NCBI GenBank assembly: GCA_963981035.1 | Contig: CAXCCF010000001.1 | Location: 90,572 to 154,571 of the forward strand | From: an uncultured euryarchaeote | GTDB taxonomy: Archaea > Thermoplasmatota > Poseidoniia > Poseidoniales > Poseidoniaceae | Direction: 5' to 3' | Length of the DNA: 64,000 bases | Shown: in pieces, positions 48,677 through 58,676 of the stretch | Numbering within the stretch: position 1 is the stretch's first letter | Layout: every line of letters starts with the position of its first letter | Made by a program: the position numbers and the translations under genes | The notes under the pieces: generated by a model | Database searches by the model: none | The model's input: the letters and a program-made list of their open reading frames with translations, nothing else | Told to the model about the DNA's origin: nothing

Positions 48677-50221
48677 TTATTCTTCCTCAGTGGTTTGTTT
48701 CTGTTCTGAAATAATACTCTTTTTAGGCATCATTCTGTAGGCGAAAACTGATGCACATAGAGCAATAAATCCTGCAATAAGAGATGATGCTTGCATTCCT
48801 TCAATAAATGCAATACGTGCATTTTCAATCAATACATCTCCCATCGGATCTCCTTTCATCTTTAGTTCCCGGCCAATTCTTATCGCCGCTGGGAAGGAGT
48901 TATTGATCTCACTAGACATAGGACCTAATCCGTCAGGAATAACTATGCTTCTTTGATACAGTTCATTCAACGCACTACCACCTATTGCGATACCCAAAGC
49001 CCCTCCAACCTCTCGGCTAGCATCATTAGTAGCACTACCAACTCCAGCCTTGTCTTCTGGTATTGCATCCATGACAACAGTTGTTGATGGCGCCATAGTC
49101 AAACCCATACCAAGACCAAGGAACCAAAACATCAGTGCCAACATTATGTATGGTGTATCTATTGAAACCTGCGAGAATATTGCCAATGCCAGAGTGACCA
49201 ATAATAATCCAGTTCCTACAACACGGTTAACACCGAATTTTGAAACCAATTTGTCACTATTAGCTGCTGCTGGCATTAATCCGAAAGGTAGTGGGAAGAA
49301 ACGTATTGCCGCTTCAAATGGTGAATATCCTCTCACCAATTGGAAGTGTAACATCTGCATAAACATGAATGAAAACATTACGAAAAATGCTAGACTGATT
49401 GCCACAAGTCCTACTGAATATCCTCTATTAGAGAAAAAGGACATTGGCAATATTGGGTGTGGGGTTTTGTTTTCCCATTTAATGAAAACAATAAGCGAAA
49501 TTATACCTATAACAAAGGCTGCGATAACTTCGTTACTATCCCATCCTAGACTTGGACCTTCGATTATTCCGTACAAAATGGAACTTAGGGTGATGATTGA
49601 TAATATTGAACCAATCCAATCTAATGGTGTAGTCTTGACCTCTTTGGATTGAGGTACATATTTTGCACCAACCAATAATGCTAAGAAAATAATTGGCACA
49701 TTGATTAAGAAAATATCTTGCCATTGATAATGCTCCATAATATAACCTCCAACTAGTAATCCGATTGGAGCGCCGATTCCGGCCATTGCCGCCCAGATTC
49801 CGATTGCTTTACCGCGCTCATCCTTTGGAAAAACCACAATCACAATCGAAAGAGTTGCTGGCATTACTAATGCTGCACCAAGCCCCATCATCGCTCTTGC
49901 AGCGATTACTTGGTTTGCTGTATCAGCGTAAAATGCAGCCCAACCTGCTGAACTGGCCAAAATAACCATACCAACTTGTAAAGCACTTCTACGACCAAAT
50001 CTATCACCGAGAGAGCCCATTACTAACAGAGTTCCACCGAAAATCAATGCGTATGCATCTACAATCCATTGCATTTGAGTATTATCAGCGTTTAAGTCGG
50101 TTGCTAATTTTGGTAATGCCACATTCAATGTGACGTTATTTAGCATGACAATTACCAAACTAAGGCTCATTATTCCCAGTATTATCCATCGCTTTTCGTG
50201 ATGTGAATGGAGGTGTTCCAT
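48677..50221 (-). CDS. DHA2 (EmrB/QacA) MFS transporter
   Basis: LNVALP, WIVDAY, GDRFGRR, FLINVP; about 14 TM segments. Confidence 0.9.
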   Translation of the reverse strand: MEHLHSHHEKRWIILGIMSLSLVIVMLNNVTLNVALPKLATDLNADNTQMQWIVDAYALIFGGTLLVMGSLGDRFGRRSALQVGMVILASSAGWAAFYADTANQVIAARAMMGLGAALVMPATLSIVIVVFPKDERGKAIGIWAAMAGIGAPIGLLVGGYIMEHYQWQDIFLINVPIIFLALLVGAKYVPQSKEVKTTPLDWIGSILSIITLSSILYGIIEGPSLGWDSNEVIAAFVIGIISLIVFIKWENKTPHPILPMSFFSNRGYSVGLVAISLAFFVMFSFMFMQMLHFQLVRGYSPFEAAIRFFPLPFGLMPAAANSDKLVSKFGVNRVVGTGLLLVTLALAIFSQVSIDTPYIMLALMFWFLGLGMGLTMAPSTTVVMDAIPEDKAGVGSATNDASREVGGALGIAIGGSALNELYQRSIVIPDGLGPMSSEINNSFPAAIRIGRELKMKGDPMGDVLIENARIAFIEGMQASSLIAGFIALCASVFAYRMMPKKSIISEQKQTTEEE

Positions 50222-50289
50222 ATTATCATCGGAAAGGTGTCATCATATCATTACATTGCCAAGGAAATAACCAAATAATGAGAAATACA

Positions 50290-51186
50290 TTATTTCTTAT
50301 CTCTCCAAGAAGGTTTGGAATGGTCAACATCTTTGTGTGCTGCAAGTATTTGTGCAATTACAGCTACTGCTATTTCTTCAGGGGTTTCTGCTCCGATGTT
50401 CAGTCCGATTGGGCACTGAACTCCATCTAATGTCTTTTGAGAAATGTCTGCACTAAGGCATTCAGCCTCGAAGGACTGCCACTTACTTCTGCTACCAATA
50501 ACACCAATCCGAGGGCCAATGTTTGAATTATTACCATCTTTTGATTCTATCAAAGACAATAATGAAATCAATCTCTCTTGGTCTTCAGCCCAATCATGAC
50601 CTAGTAACAGGATATCGCTAAATCGAGAAAGTGATTGCTTTGTTTCTTCTTCTTTACCTTCAGTACCTGAAAAAAATGCTCCTACTGAAGAACAATGTAA
50701 TTCTTTTGAATTTGCAAATTCTTCAATACTAACGAAATCACTTCTTGTATCATGTATAGAATAATTCCAACCTAAGGATTCTATTCCTTTAACCAGTGCC
50801 TTTGCACAATGTCCAGCACCCATCAATAGTATATGCGGCATAGCGATAATCACCTCGATTGCGAGAGTTACTTGGCCCCCGCATAATGAATCAAGAGGTG
50901 TTACTTGATAGCCCTTCGCACCTTTGTTCAAGCCATAAGTAAGCACTTCCCCACTCGGCTTAGATGATTGTGATAACAATTCGCGACAGCGCTGTAAGAC
51001 CTTCAATTCAAGACCAGCGCCGCCAACGGTACCAATGCATTGCTCATTTTCTTCATTTCCCGATAGAGCCAATCTTGCTCCCGTTTTCCCAGGAACGCTG
51101 CCCGACGTGCTAATTACACTTGCAATAACAACCGAATGACTTTGTTCAAGGCGTGATAACGCCCATGCCAAAACCTCTGCGGTCAT
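50290..51186 (-). CDS. xdhC: XdhC/CoxI molybdenum cofactor maturation chaperone
   Basis: GSVPGKTGA, GTVGG, CGG, GAGH, IGVIGSR, PIGLNIGAETPEEIAVAV. Start moved to ATG 51186. Confidence 0.9.
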   Translation of the reverse strand: MTAEVLAWALSRLEQSHSVVIASVISTSGSVPGKTGARLALSGNEENEQCIGTVGGAGLELKVLQRCRELLSQSSKPSGEVLTYGLNKGAKGYQVTPLDSLCGGQVTLAIEVIIAMPHILLMGAGHCAKALVKGIESLGWNYSIHDTRSDFVSIEEFANSKELHCSSVGAFFSGTEGKEEETKQSLSRFSDILLLGHDWAEDQERLISLLSLIESKDGNNSNIGPRIGVIGSRSKWQSFEAECLSADISQKTLDGVQCPIGLNIGAETPEEIAVAVIAQILAAHKDVDHSKPSWRDKK

Positions 51187-51233
51187 ATCCACGCCTTGCA
51201 GGATTAACACATACACTTTGCGACTGAACCAGT

Positions 51234-51827
51234 TCAATCGTTTTGCAGTAGTGTTTGCTCATTATCCAATAACAACTGCAAATCTTGCTGTGTATCGATG
51301 TTCAAATAAATTAATTGATAATTTACTTGGACTGGATTAAATGATACAAGTTCTCTTAGAGATTCATCTGGTAGGGCGGCTAATACTTCTTCAATATCAT
51401 TTCCAGCAATAATTACTGGATGTCCACTTCGCTTGTTGTTTACCGGCTTACATGAATTATTAGTTTCCATTAACTGTTTAACCATAGCAACATTCCATCC
51501 GGGTCTATCAACTGGGGCAATCAATACTCTTCTCGGAGTTCTTCCATGATCGCCACACAATGACATCAAGCCGCATTGAATACTTCCAGTTCGACCTTCT
51601 TGTGGGTCTTTGTTGATTACTATTGTAGCACCAGGGGCTGATTTCAAACAATCAAATGCTAATTCCGATGAGGTTACTATGACGATTGGAGAGCACCCTG
51701 CATTTTGTAAACGACGAAATGCCAAACCTAGCAAATTAGTATCTCCAATACTGACAAGTGCCTTGGGTTGACCTAGGCGTGAAGAGGCTCCTGCGGCCAA
51801 AATAATTGCTGGTATCCCCTTGGCCAT
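51234..51827 (-). CDS. mocA: MocA-like molybdenum cofactor cytidylyltransferase
   Basis: ILAAGASSRLGQPKAL, PVDRP, GHP, NIDT; next to xdhC. Confidence 0.8.
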   Translation of the reverse strand: MAKGIPAIILAAGASSRLGQPKALVSIGDTNLLGLAFRRLQNAGCSPIVIVTSSELAFDCLKSAPGATIVINKDPQEGRTGSIQCGLMSLCGDHGRTPRRVLIAPVDRPGWNVAMVKQLMETNNSCKPVNNKRSGHPVIIAGNDIEEVLAALPDESLRELVSFNPVQVNYQLIYLNIDTQQDLQLLLDNEQTLLQND

Positions 51828-51933
51828 GATGGTGCCACAACAGAGTTATTCTTTGAATAATCGGTATCAATGTTACCAACAAAACAAAGAAAATACATCG
51901 CGTCTTGAAATACCCTAAGAGTTCTCAACATCC

Positions 51934-52689
51934 ATGGAACAGTCAGCGAATGATAATTTGAATCCATATTATAGGTCTATGCAGTTATTACGCAATACTG
52001 TTGATGGAAGTGATTCACTTCAGTGGGATGATGAAGAATTTGGAAAAGTGGAGATATATATCAGAGGTATGTCGAGACGGTGGTATAGAATAAATGCCCA
52101 TCGAATGTCACCAGAAAGTCTTGGTGATAAGAAAAAAAGCCATTGGACAAGTTCATGGGCGATTGGTGTAAGAGGGGCTTCATGGAAATCTGACTTTAAA
52201 GATAATTTTCCACTAACAGCCAGTATTTGTATTCACACTAATAGAAATGGTTCAAGACTTCCGATAGGAGACAGTTTAGTAAGCCTATGCTTATCATTAA
52301 TTAATGATAAAATCACTTCTTTGGATATCCCCTTACTGGCACAATTCATTGTCTGCCCTAGAAATCGGTTATCCAATATTGAAATATTTCAAGAAGAAGG
52401 CATTGTCACAACAGAAATGATTTCGGGAGCTGATGATTTTTTCGGTGAATGGGAAGGCGAATGGGATGAAGATGATGATGATATTGAATTTCTTAATGAG
52501 CAAAATATGATCAATGCCTATTTTGCACAACTAGGCGGGCAACCAGAAGTTTCTTGTGATGAAATAAAAATGGAGAATGAAATCATGTTAAAGGAAGAAA
52601 AAATGGCCAATGATTATGACAAAATGATTTTTGAGCACGAAAGGGCTGCCGATAGAGTCGCCGATAGAGATTCTGATAGGCAATACTGA
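51934..52689 (+). CDS. Hypothetical protein with acidic C-terminus
   Basis: 251-aa ORF with a promoter-position element at -29; ICIH...LPIGD...L.L.ND segment. Confidence 0.65.
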   Translation: MEQSANDNLNPYYRSMQLLRNTVDGSDSLQWDDEEFGKVEIYIRGMSRRWYRINAHRMSPESLGDKKKSHWTSSWAIGVRGASWKSDFKDNFPLTASICIHTNRNGSRLPIGDSLVSLCLSLINDKITSLDIPLLAQFIVCPRNRLSNIEIFQEEGIVTTEMISGADDFFGEWEGEWDEDDDDIEFLNEQNMINAYFAQLGGQPEVSCDEIKMENEIMLKEEKMANDYDKMIFEHERAADRVADRDSDRQY

Positions 52690-52690
52690 A

Positions 52691-53839
52691 TCAGAAATTC
52701 TTTGTGATTTCACGACCGATAATCATTCGTTGAACTTGGGAAGAACCCTCATAAATTTGCATTACTTTAGCACCTCTCATGAGCCGCGCTACCGGATATT
52801 CTTCAGAATAACCATACCCTCCGAAAATCTGTACTGCATCTGTAGAGACTTCCATTGCAGTATCTGCTGCAAATATCTTAGCATGCGCTGCAGATTCGGT
52901 ATTACGGATGCCATTGTCTGCCTCATATGCACTTTTCCAAGTTAACAATCGACTTGCCTCAATTTTGGTTTTCATATCTGCAAGCATGAATTGTATCGCT
53001 TGATGCTTGTGCAATGGTTTTCCAAATGATTGCCTCTCATTTGAATATTGTAAAGCATGCTCATATGCAGCTCTTGCTAATCCTGTTGCATGCGCTGCAA
53101 TATTCGGCCTACTCATGTCAAAAGCATTCATTGCATTCATCCAACCACCGGATTCTGAACCACCGATTAAATTCTCAGATGGAACTCTAACATTGTCAAA
53201 GGTTATTGCACGAGTATCCGAACATCTTTGCCCCATGTTGACTTCCTTCTTGCCTAATGAGAAACCTTCAGTTCCTGCTTCAACGATAAATCCAGACATT
53301 CCTTTGTAGCCTGCAGATGGGTCTGTTTTTGCCAGAATAAAAAAGAAATCAGCATAACCTGCTCCGGTGATAAACATCTTTGATCCGTTAATCACATATT
53401 CATCTCCATCGCGAATCGCAGTCGTTTTACACGCTGCCAAATCAGAACCTGCACCTGGTTCTGTAACGCCATAGGATGCCAAAGCACCATCTTCTGCGAT
53501 TTTTCTTAACCATTTTTGTTTCTGTTCTTCAGTTGCACCGGTAATAATTGGCGCACAAGCCAATGAAGTAGCATATGCTGCTGTAGCAAATCCAGGGTCA
53601 CCCCAAGCAAGTTCTTCATTTACCAATACTTCCTCAATTGAACCTAATCCTGCCCCCCCATATTCTTCAGGGATGTGGAGGTTTAGCAAGCCCATCTCAT
53701 GTGCTGCCTGTATTGCCTCCTTCGGATATTGTGATTCCTCATCCCAATGCTCCGCATTTGGACGTATTTCGTCTACTGCAAACTCGTGTGCAAGTTCACG
53801 CAACATTTCTTGCATCTCATCAAGTTGGAAGTTGACCAT
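52691..53839 (-). CDS. Acyl-CoA dehydrogenase
   Basis: TEPGAGSD, NGSKMFIT, RQSFGKP, QIFGGYGY, QIYEGSSQVQR. Confidence 0.95.
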   Translation of the reverse strand: MVNFQLDEMQEMLRELAHEFAVDEIRPNAEHWDEESQYPKEAIQAAHEMGLLNLHIPEEYGGAGLGSIEEVLVNEELAWGDPGFATAAYATSLACAPIITGATEEQKQKWLRKIAEDGALASYGVTEPGAGSDLAACKTTAIRDGDEYVINGSKMFITGAGYADFFFILAKTDPSAGYKGMSGFIVEAGTEGFSLGKKEVNMGQRCSDTRAITFDNVRVPSENLIGGSESGGWMNAMNAFDMSRPNIAAHATGLARAAYEHALQYSNERQSFGKPLHKHQAIQFMLADMKTKIEASRLLTWKSAYEADNGIRNTESAAHAKIFAADTAMEVSTDAVQIFGGYGYSEEYPVARLMRGAKVMQIYEGSSQVQRMIIGREITKNF

Positions 53840-53925
53840 AACACTCCCAGTAGGAACCCCCTTATGAGGATTGAAACAAAATATCTGCGAAAAAAGACAA
53901 TATTGCTAGTTTACTCTATTTCAAA

Positions 53926-55086
53926 CTAAAACAAATTCCAACTAATATCAATAATTCCTTCATGTATTGCCAACAAAACTGCTATGAATACACCGTAGAA
54001 TAATATCAATACTAGTCCTTCCCATCGCTTAAACTCATATTGAGTCCACATCATGAAAATTGCCATTGCAGAGCCTAATATCGTTGCAGGGATAATAAAA
54101 TTCAACAACAAAGGAGCCCCTGTTGTTGTAACCACCAATGGACAAATTACCGCTGCAATACCGATGGACAATAATGGGTCTGTGATGTTGGAGCCAATCA
54201 AAGTTCCAATCGCCACTCCTTCACTTTTTCTAGCAGCCATCAAAGCAATTGTTAACTCAGGTAGAGAAGTACCCAATCCGGAAATTGTTGTACCAACAAC
54301 AGAATGTGGAACATTCATCGATACCGCTAATTCACGACCAATTGACACAAGGTGGTCTGCAGCAAAAACAGCGAATGATAGGCCTAATGCTATCATTACC
54401 AAATACGCGGCTGTACTCCAATTAGATCCTGTGGTCTCTACTTCTATCGATTTGCCAAGTAGTTCATCTTCTCTAATCTCTTTCCGATTTAGAAGTAACC
54501 ATGATACATATAAGGAATAAATGAGTACTAGAATTAATCCTTCAATACGAGTCAAATCATTTCCTGTGTAAATGAATAAACTCAACAATAATAATGATAA
54601 GAGCATTATCAAGCCATCTCTCTTTAACCATGAAGGGCGTATTTTCATCCCCCTAAACAAAACAACTACTCCAAGAATAAGAGTTATTTGAACGAGAATA
54701 GAACCGAATATTCCGCCGATTGCAAAATCTGCAACATCGGGATGAGTTGCTGAGTCAAGTGCAGCGGTTGAGGTGACCAATATTTCTGGTAATGAAGTAC
54801 CAATAGAAACAATTGTCAATCCGATAACGACTTCAGGAATCCCTACTCTTTGTGCCAGTCCTTTAGCACCTTTAATGAAAAAGTCTGCAGATGTAACCAA
54901 CAATGCCAACGCTAACCCCAATAGAAACAACGAAAGCGGAAGATTATCCCATCCTGCCTCATCTATCCACAACTTGAATCCAATAATTGCAGCAAATAAA
55001 GAACCTGTAATAGCGAGGGTATTGAAATGGACTAATTCAGGTATCCCCATTACCTTTTGTTCCCCTTCCATATACACCCGAGTCAT
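53926..55086 (-). CDS. CaCA-family (YrbG-like) Ca2+/Na+ antiporter
   Basis: Two alpha-repeats, SIGTSLPE and GLGTSLPE; GSNITD. Confidence 0.9.
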   Translation of the reverse strand: MTRVYMEGEQKVMGIPELVHFNTLAITGSLFAAIIGFKLWIDEAGWDNLPLSLFLLGLALALLVTSADFFIKGAKGLAQRVGIPEVVIGLTIVSIGTSLPEILVTSTAALDSATHPDVADFAIGGIFGSILVQITLILGVVVLFRGMKIRPSWLKRDGLIMLLSLLLLSLFIYTGNDLTRIEGLILVLIYSLYVSWLLLNRKEIREDELLGKSIEVETTGSNWSTAAYLVMIALGLSFAVFAADHLVSIGRELAVSMNVPHSVVGTTISGLGTSLPELTIALMAARKSEGVAIGTLIGSNITDPLLSIGIAAVICPLVVTTTGAPLLLNFIIPATILGSAMAIFMMWTQYEFKRWEGLVLILFYGVFIAVLLAIHEGIIDISWNLF

Positions 55087-55173
55087 CCATTACTTCTTGA
55101 CGCTTATGTTGACAATGCGTTCAATTGATTGGTTTAGGAAAATCAAATAATACTCCGGAGATGCGGATAAAGT

Positions 55174-55797
55174 ATGTGGAAACGAGCGGGGGCAGAACTA
55201 CTCGGAACCGCATTGATGGTTGCAGTAGGGTGCGGGAGTATTTCCTATGGTGCTTCTGCAGCAATTGTTTGTCTATCATTTGGAATTGCAGTTACAATAG
55301 CGATAATAATTTTTGGACCAATCTCAGGTGCCCACATCAATCCTGCAGTTAGTATTGCATTTTACCGTCATGGCAATTTAGAAAAAAATGCAGTCATTCC
55401 ATATATTTCTGCACAGATAATTGGTGCTTTGATTGCAGCAGTAGCTGTTTCTGGTGCTGGGCCAACAACAATCTCCTCTAGCCATTCTTATGCAAGTGCA
55501 TTCATTATTGAAGTATTCATCACATTTGTATTGATGGCAAATATTCTGTGGATAATTAGTAAAAGTGAAAATAGAATGATTATTTCTTCATGGGTTGGAG
55601 GATGGGTTGCAATATTGGCATTTTTATTCGGACCCGCAACCGGAGCCAGTATGAACCCCGCTCGAACTATTGGACCAAATATTATCTCTGGAATCTATAG
55701 CAATATTCCATTCTATATATTGTCAACAATTATTGGTGCATGGCTTGCTGCTGAAATATTTTTGAGAATTGCCAAAAAGGAATCCACGTTAAAATAA
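55174..55797 (+). CDS. Aquaporin / MIP channel
   Basis: SGAHINPAVS and GASMNPART; AELLGT. Confidence 0.93.
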   Translation: MWKRAGAELLGTALMVAVGCGSISYGASAAIVCLSFGIAVTIAIIIFGPISGAHINPAVSIAFYRHGNLEKNAVIPYISAQIIGALIAAVAVSGAGPTTISSSHSYASAFIIEVFITFVLMANILWIISKSENRMIISSWVGGWVAILAFLFGPATGASMNPARTIGPNIISGIYSNIPFYILSTIIGAWLAAEIFLRIAKKESTLK

Positions 55798-58398
55798 TTA
55801 AGAGCAAGTAGTTCGAAGAACTTCAATAACATGTTCTAGGGAAGGAATTGTGTGATCTTCTAGAGGTGGAGAGAACGGAACCGGAGTATCTAATGCACCA
55901 ATAACGGCAGGCGCAGACTCCATATTGTAAAAACACGATTCTAGTATCCTAGATTGGATGGTATGTCCAAGACCACCGCTCCATTGACCTTCTTGTAAGA
56001 TAACAAGTCTGCCAGTACGAGTTACCGATTCAACACAAGTTTGAGCATCAAACGGCAATAGTGTTCGTAAATCTATTATCTCAACTTCAATATTTTCTTG
56101 AGATAATTGCTGTGCAGCCTTTAGTGCAATATGCACCATTGAGCCCCAAGTAACTAGAGTAATGTCTCTGCCACCTCTGATTACTGCAGCCTTACCAATT
56201 TTGAAAGATTGACCTTTTTCAATCGATTGTTTTACTGACTTAGTATCAACTTTTTGATTGATATTTTGCCCCCAACCAGTTAGTCCACCGCGCAATCCAT
56301 ACAATCCAATATGCTCAAGCATCAATACTGGATCATTCAATTCCGCTGCTTCCATAAGAAGGTCATAAGCATCTTGAGGAGTTCCTGGAGCCAACACAAC
56401 CAATCCAGGGTCATTAGCAAACCACGATTCAATCATATTAGCATGGAAAGGGCCTGAACGGGTTTTTGCTCCAAGCGGAATACGAATGGTCATTGGGCAT
56501 TCGGCTCCCCATCTCCATCGAAGCATAGCTGCATTATTGATTAAGGCGTTATACCCAAGTGCAGCAAAGCCGCCGAATTGAATCTCTACCATTGGCCTCA
56601 TTCCCGATAATGCAGCACCAACGCCTGTATGAACAATTACTGCTTCACAAAGAGGCATGTCAATCAATTTATCTGAATGGCCAGCATTTTTCAATGCCAT
56701 ATTCATTCCAAAAGCACCTGCTACTTCCATGTCTTCGCCGATGAAAACGCAGTTCTCTTGATGACGTGTTGCAATGTCTGCCATTGCTTGTTGAATTGCA
56801 CGAGCGTATGTCCATCCGCCACTTTCAGCGTATTGCAATGTGCATTGTCCAAGTTCAAGTGGTGAATCAAGCAACAAAATTTCTTCATCGCCCTTTATTC
56901 TTGAGAGATGATCTTGATGAGTTTCAGCATCATTGAGTGAGGTGATTCCTTTGGTTACTGTTTCTGGAGTTGGCCATTCCATCTCCTCAACTTCTATGCG
57001 TGCATCATTTACTAACTTCTGTTCTTCTTCCGTTATTGCTATCAATTCCTCTTCATCTACGCCGAGGTCAATTAGGAGTTGGCGATGTGTTGGAAGTGGG
57101 TCTTTGGCCTCCCAATAAGCAAGTAAGTCTTTGTCCACATAACCTGGTGGAGTTCCTGTTTCACTTCCCAAGTATAGATCATCATGATGATGAGCATGGC
57201 CACAACCACGCATTGTTTCGACATGTATCATCGTAGGCCCTCCGCCCGCTAATGTAAATTCACGCGCACAGGCTGTACTCGCATGCCAAGATGCTGGGTC
57301 TGAGCCATCTATTGTCCAAGATGGGAAACCCATCGCTACAGCTTTATCTGCCCAAACTTCAACTCCTGATTGTTTTGCAGGAGGTGTGTCCAAAGCGATT
57401 TGATTGTTTTGCAAAATATAGCAAATAGGTAGCCCTCTGGCTCCTGCCAAGTTCAATGCCTCCCAATATTCTCCCGATGATGAAGCGCCTTCGCCAATAC
57501 AAGCAATATGGAAACGTTGTAAATTCTGCCTCCATGCTGCAAATGCTAATCCAGTCATGGTAACACTAGCAATCGGCAATGGAGCAGTCGGAGGTAAGAC
57601 ACCTACATGCCATGCCCCTACATGCAAATCTCTTCCACCTGCATTTTCCCAACCACCGTTTTGGTTGGAGCCTGCTTTTCCAAGATTTGCAGCCATTACA
57701 TCTAGAGGGGTATCACCCATTGCTAATCCAAGCCCGATATCTCTAATCATCGGAGCCACTAAATCGCCATCATAGCCATTTCCAGGAGTTGCATCGCGCG
57801 GTGTGTCTATTTGGCGGTTTAGAGCAGTAGCAACTGCCACAACTCCTTCTTGCCATGTGGAACGGAAGCCCTTTCCACCGAATTTACTTCCATCTGGAGT
57901 TTCTATCCCTTCGTTAAAAATATCTTTCAATTGGCCATCTAAATATCGGGTTCTTTCCATAAGACGTTGCCACTCAAGACGCTGTTCTATAGTAATTGAC
58001 ATATAATGCGCCAAACGCCTTAATGTAAGTCGCATATCTATGATAAAATGCGTATGACGCCTCTCCAAAAACTCATCTAAAGTTCTTCTTGGAATTACTT
58101 CAAGCTCGTTGTGTCCTTCCATTTTTGCTTGGACTTGTGCTTTCAATTCTCTTTGCAATGACTCTATCAAGCGATTACTGAAAGTGTACCATGATGGGCC
58201 TTCGAATTGCTTTGGTTCATTTTCAATGATGTGATCCCAAACGGTTGCAACCATTGAAAGATGTCCATCATGGCGCTGAGTAACAAAACGAAGAACCTCT
58301 TGCCTTGCAGCATCTGCAGGAAGTTGTTGAGTAAATTCAAGAGGTTGTTCTGGGCGCCATATTGCGCCGTGAATCACTGGTAAGTCGCCTTGCTTCAT
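55798..58398 (-). CDS. Fused E1 alpha/beta 2-oxoacid dehydrogenase with N-terminal extension
   Basis: GEGA...QNNQ TPP motif; beta-part GED, PLCE, EIQF, HA, DLRTLLPFD. Confidence 0.85.
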   Translation of the reverse strand: MKQGDLPVIHGAIWRPEQPLEFTQQLPADAARQEVLRFVTQRHDGHLSMVATVWDHIIENEPKQFEGPSWYTFSNRLIESLQRELKAQVQAKMEGHNELEVIPRRTLDEFLERRHTHFIIDMRLTLRRLAHYMSITIEQRLEWQRLMERTRYLDGQLKDIFNEGIETPDGSKFGGKGFRSTWQEGVVAVATALNRQIDTPRDATPGNGYDGDLVAPMIRDIGLGLAMGDTPLDVMAANLGKAGSNQNGGWENAGGRDLHVGAWHVGVLPPTAPLPIASVTMTGLAFAAWRQNLQRFHIACIGEGASSSGEYWEALNLAGARGLPICYILQNNQIALDTPPAKQSGVEVWADKAVAMGFPSWTIDGSDPASWHASTACAREFTLAGGGPTMIHVETMRGCGHAHHHDDLYLGSETGTPPGYVDKDLLAYWEAKDPLPTHRQLLIDLGVDEEELIAITEEEQKLVNDARIEVEEMEWPTPETVTKGITSLNDAETHQDHLSRIKGDEEILLLDSPLELGQCTLQYAESGGWTYARAIQQAMADIATRHQENCVFIGEDMEVAGAFGMNMALKNAGHSDKLIDMPLCEAVIVHTGVGAALSGMRPMVEIQFGGFAALGYNALINNAAMLRWRWGAECPMTIRIPLGAKTRSGPFHANMIESWFANDPGLVVLAPGTPQDAYDLLMEAAELNDPVLMLEHIGLYGLRGGLTGWGQNINQKVDTKSVKQSIEKGQSFKIGKAAVIRGGRDITLVTWGSMVHIALKAAQQLSQENIEVEIIDLRTLLPFDAQTCVESVTRTGRLVILQEGQWSGGLGHTIQSRILESCFYNMESAPAVIGALDTPVPFSPPLEDHTIPSLEHVIEVLRTTCS

Positions 58399-58505
58399 GT
58401 CGCTGCCTCATGTTGGGGCAGAAGGGAGTCTCCTTCAAGTCTATGCATTATATCTAACAAACAACCGGAGAAAGATTGATATTCAATAAGTATCAAAAAA
58501 AAGAT

Positions 58506-58664
58506 ATGGACCCTTTCGCAGGAGATTTGGCCGTAGAGATTGCAGCACATGCTGCAGATGCGATTAATTTGGAAGAAGTGGAAAGAAAATGGTGGTGGAA
58601 ACCACTAACTAAATTTTTATTAATCGCTCCATTTATTGTATTAACAGTTTATTATTACAGTTAA
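58506..58664 (+). CDS. Small hypothetical membrane protein
   Basis: 52-aa ORF filling an intergenic gap; C-terminal hydrophobic helix after WWWK. Confidence 0.5.
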   Translation: MDPFAGDLAVEIAAHAADAINLEEVERKWWWKPLTKFLLIAPFIVLTVYYYS

Positions 58665-58676
58665 TTTTCTACAATG

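Noticed and set aside
49050-49652. Antisense ORFs of 60-200 aa throughout the window (e.g. 26152-26703, 22985-23500, 54053-54520)
   Set aside because: They are shadows of well-supported genes on the opposite strand and show no motifs.
52648-52680. 12-bp tandem repeat (GCCGATAGAGTC-like, fewer than 3 copies)
   Set aside because: In-frame coding micro-duplication (ADRV-ADRD-SDR); not CRISPR-like.
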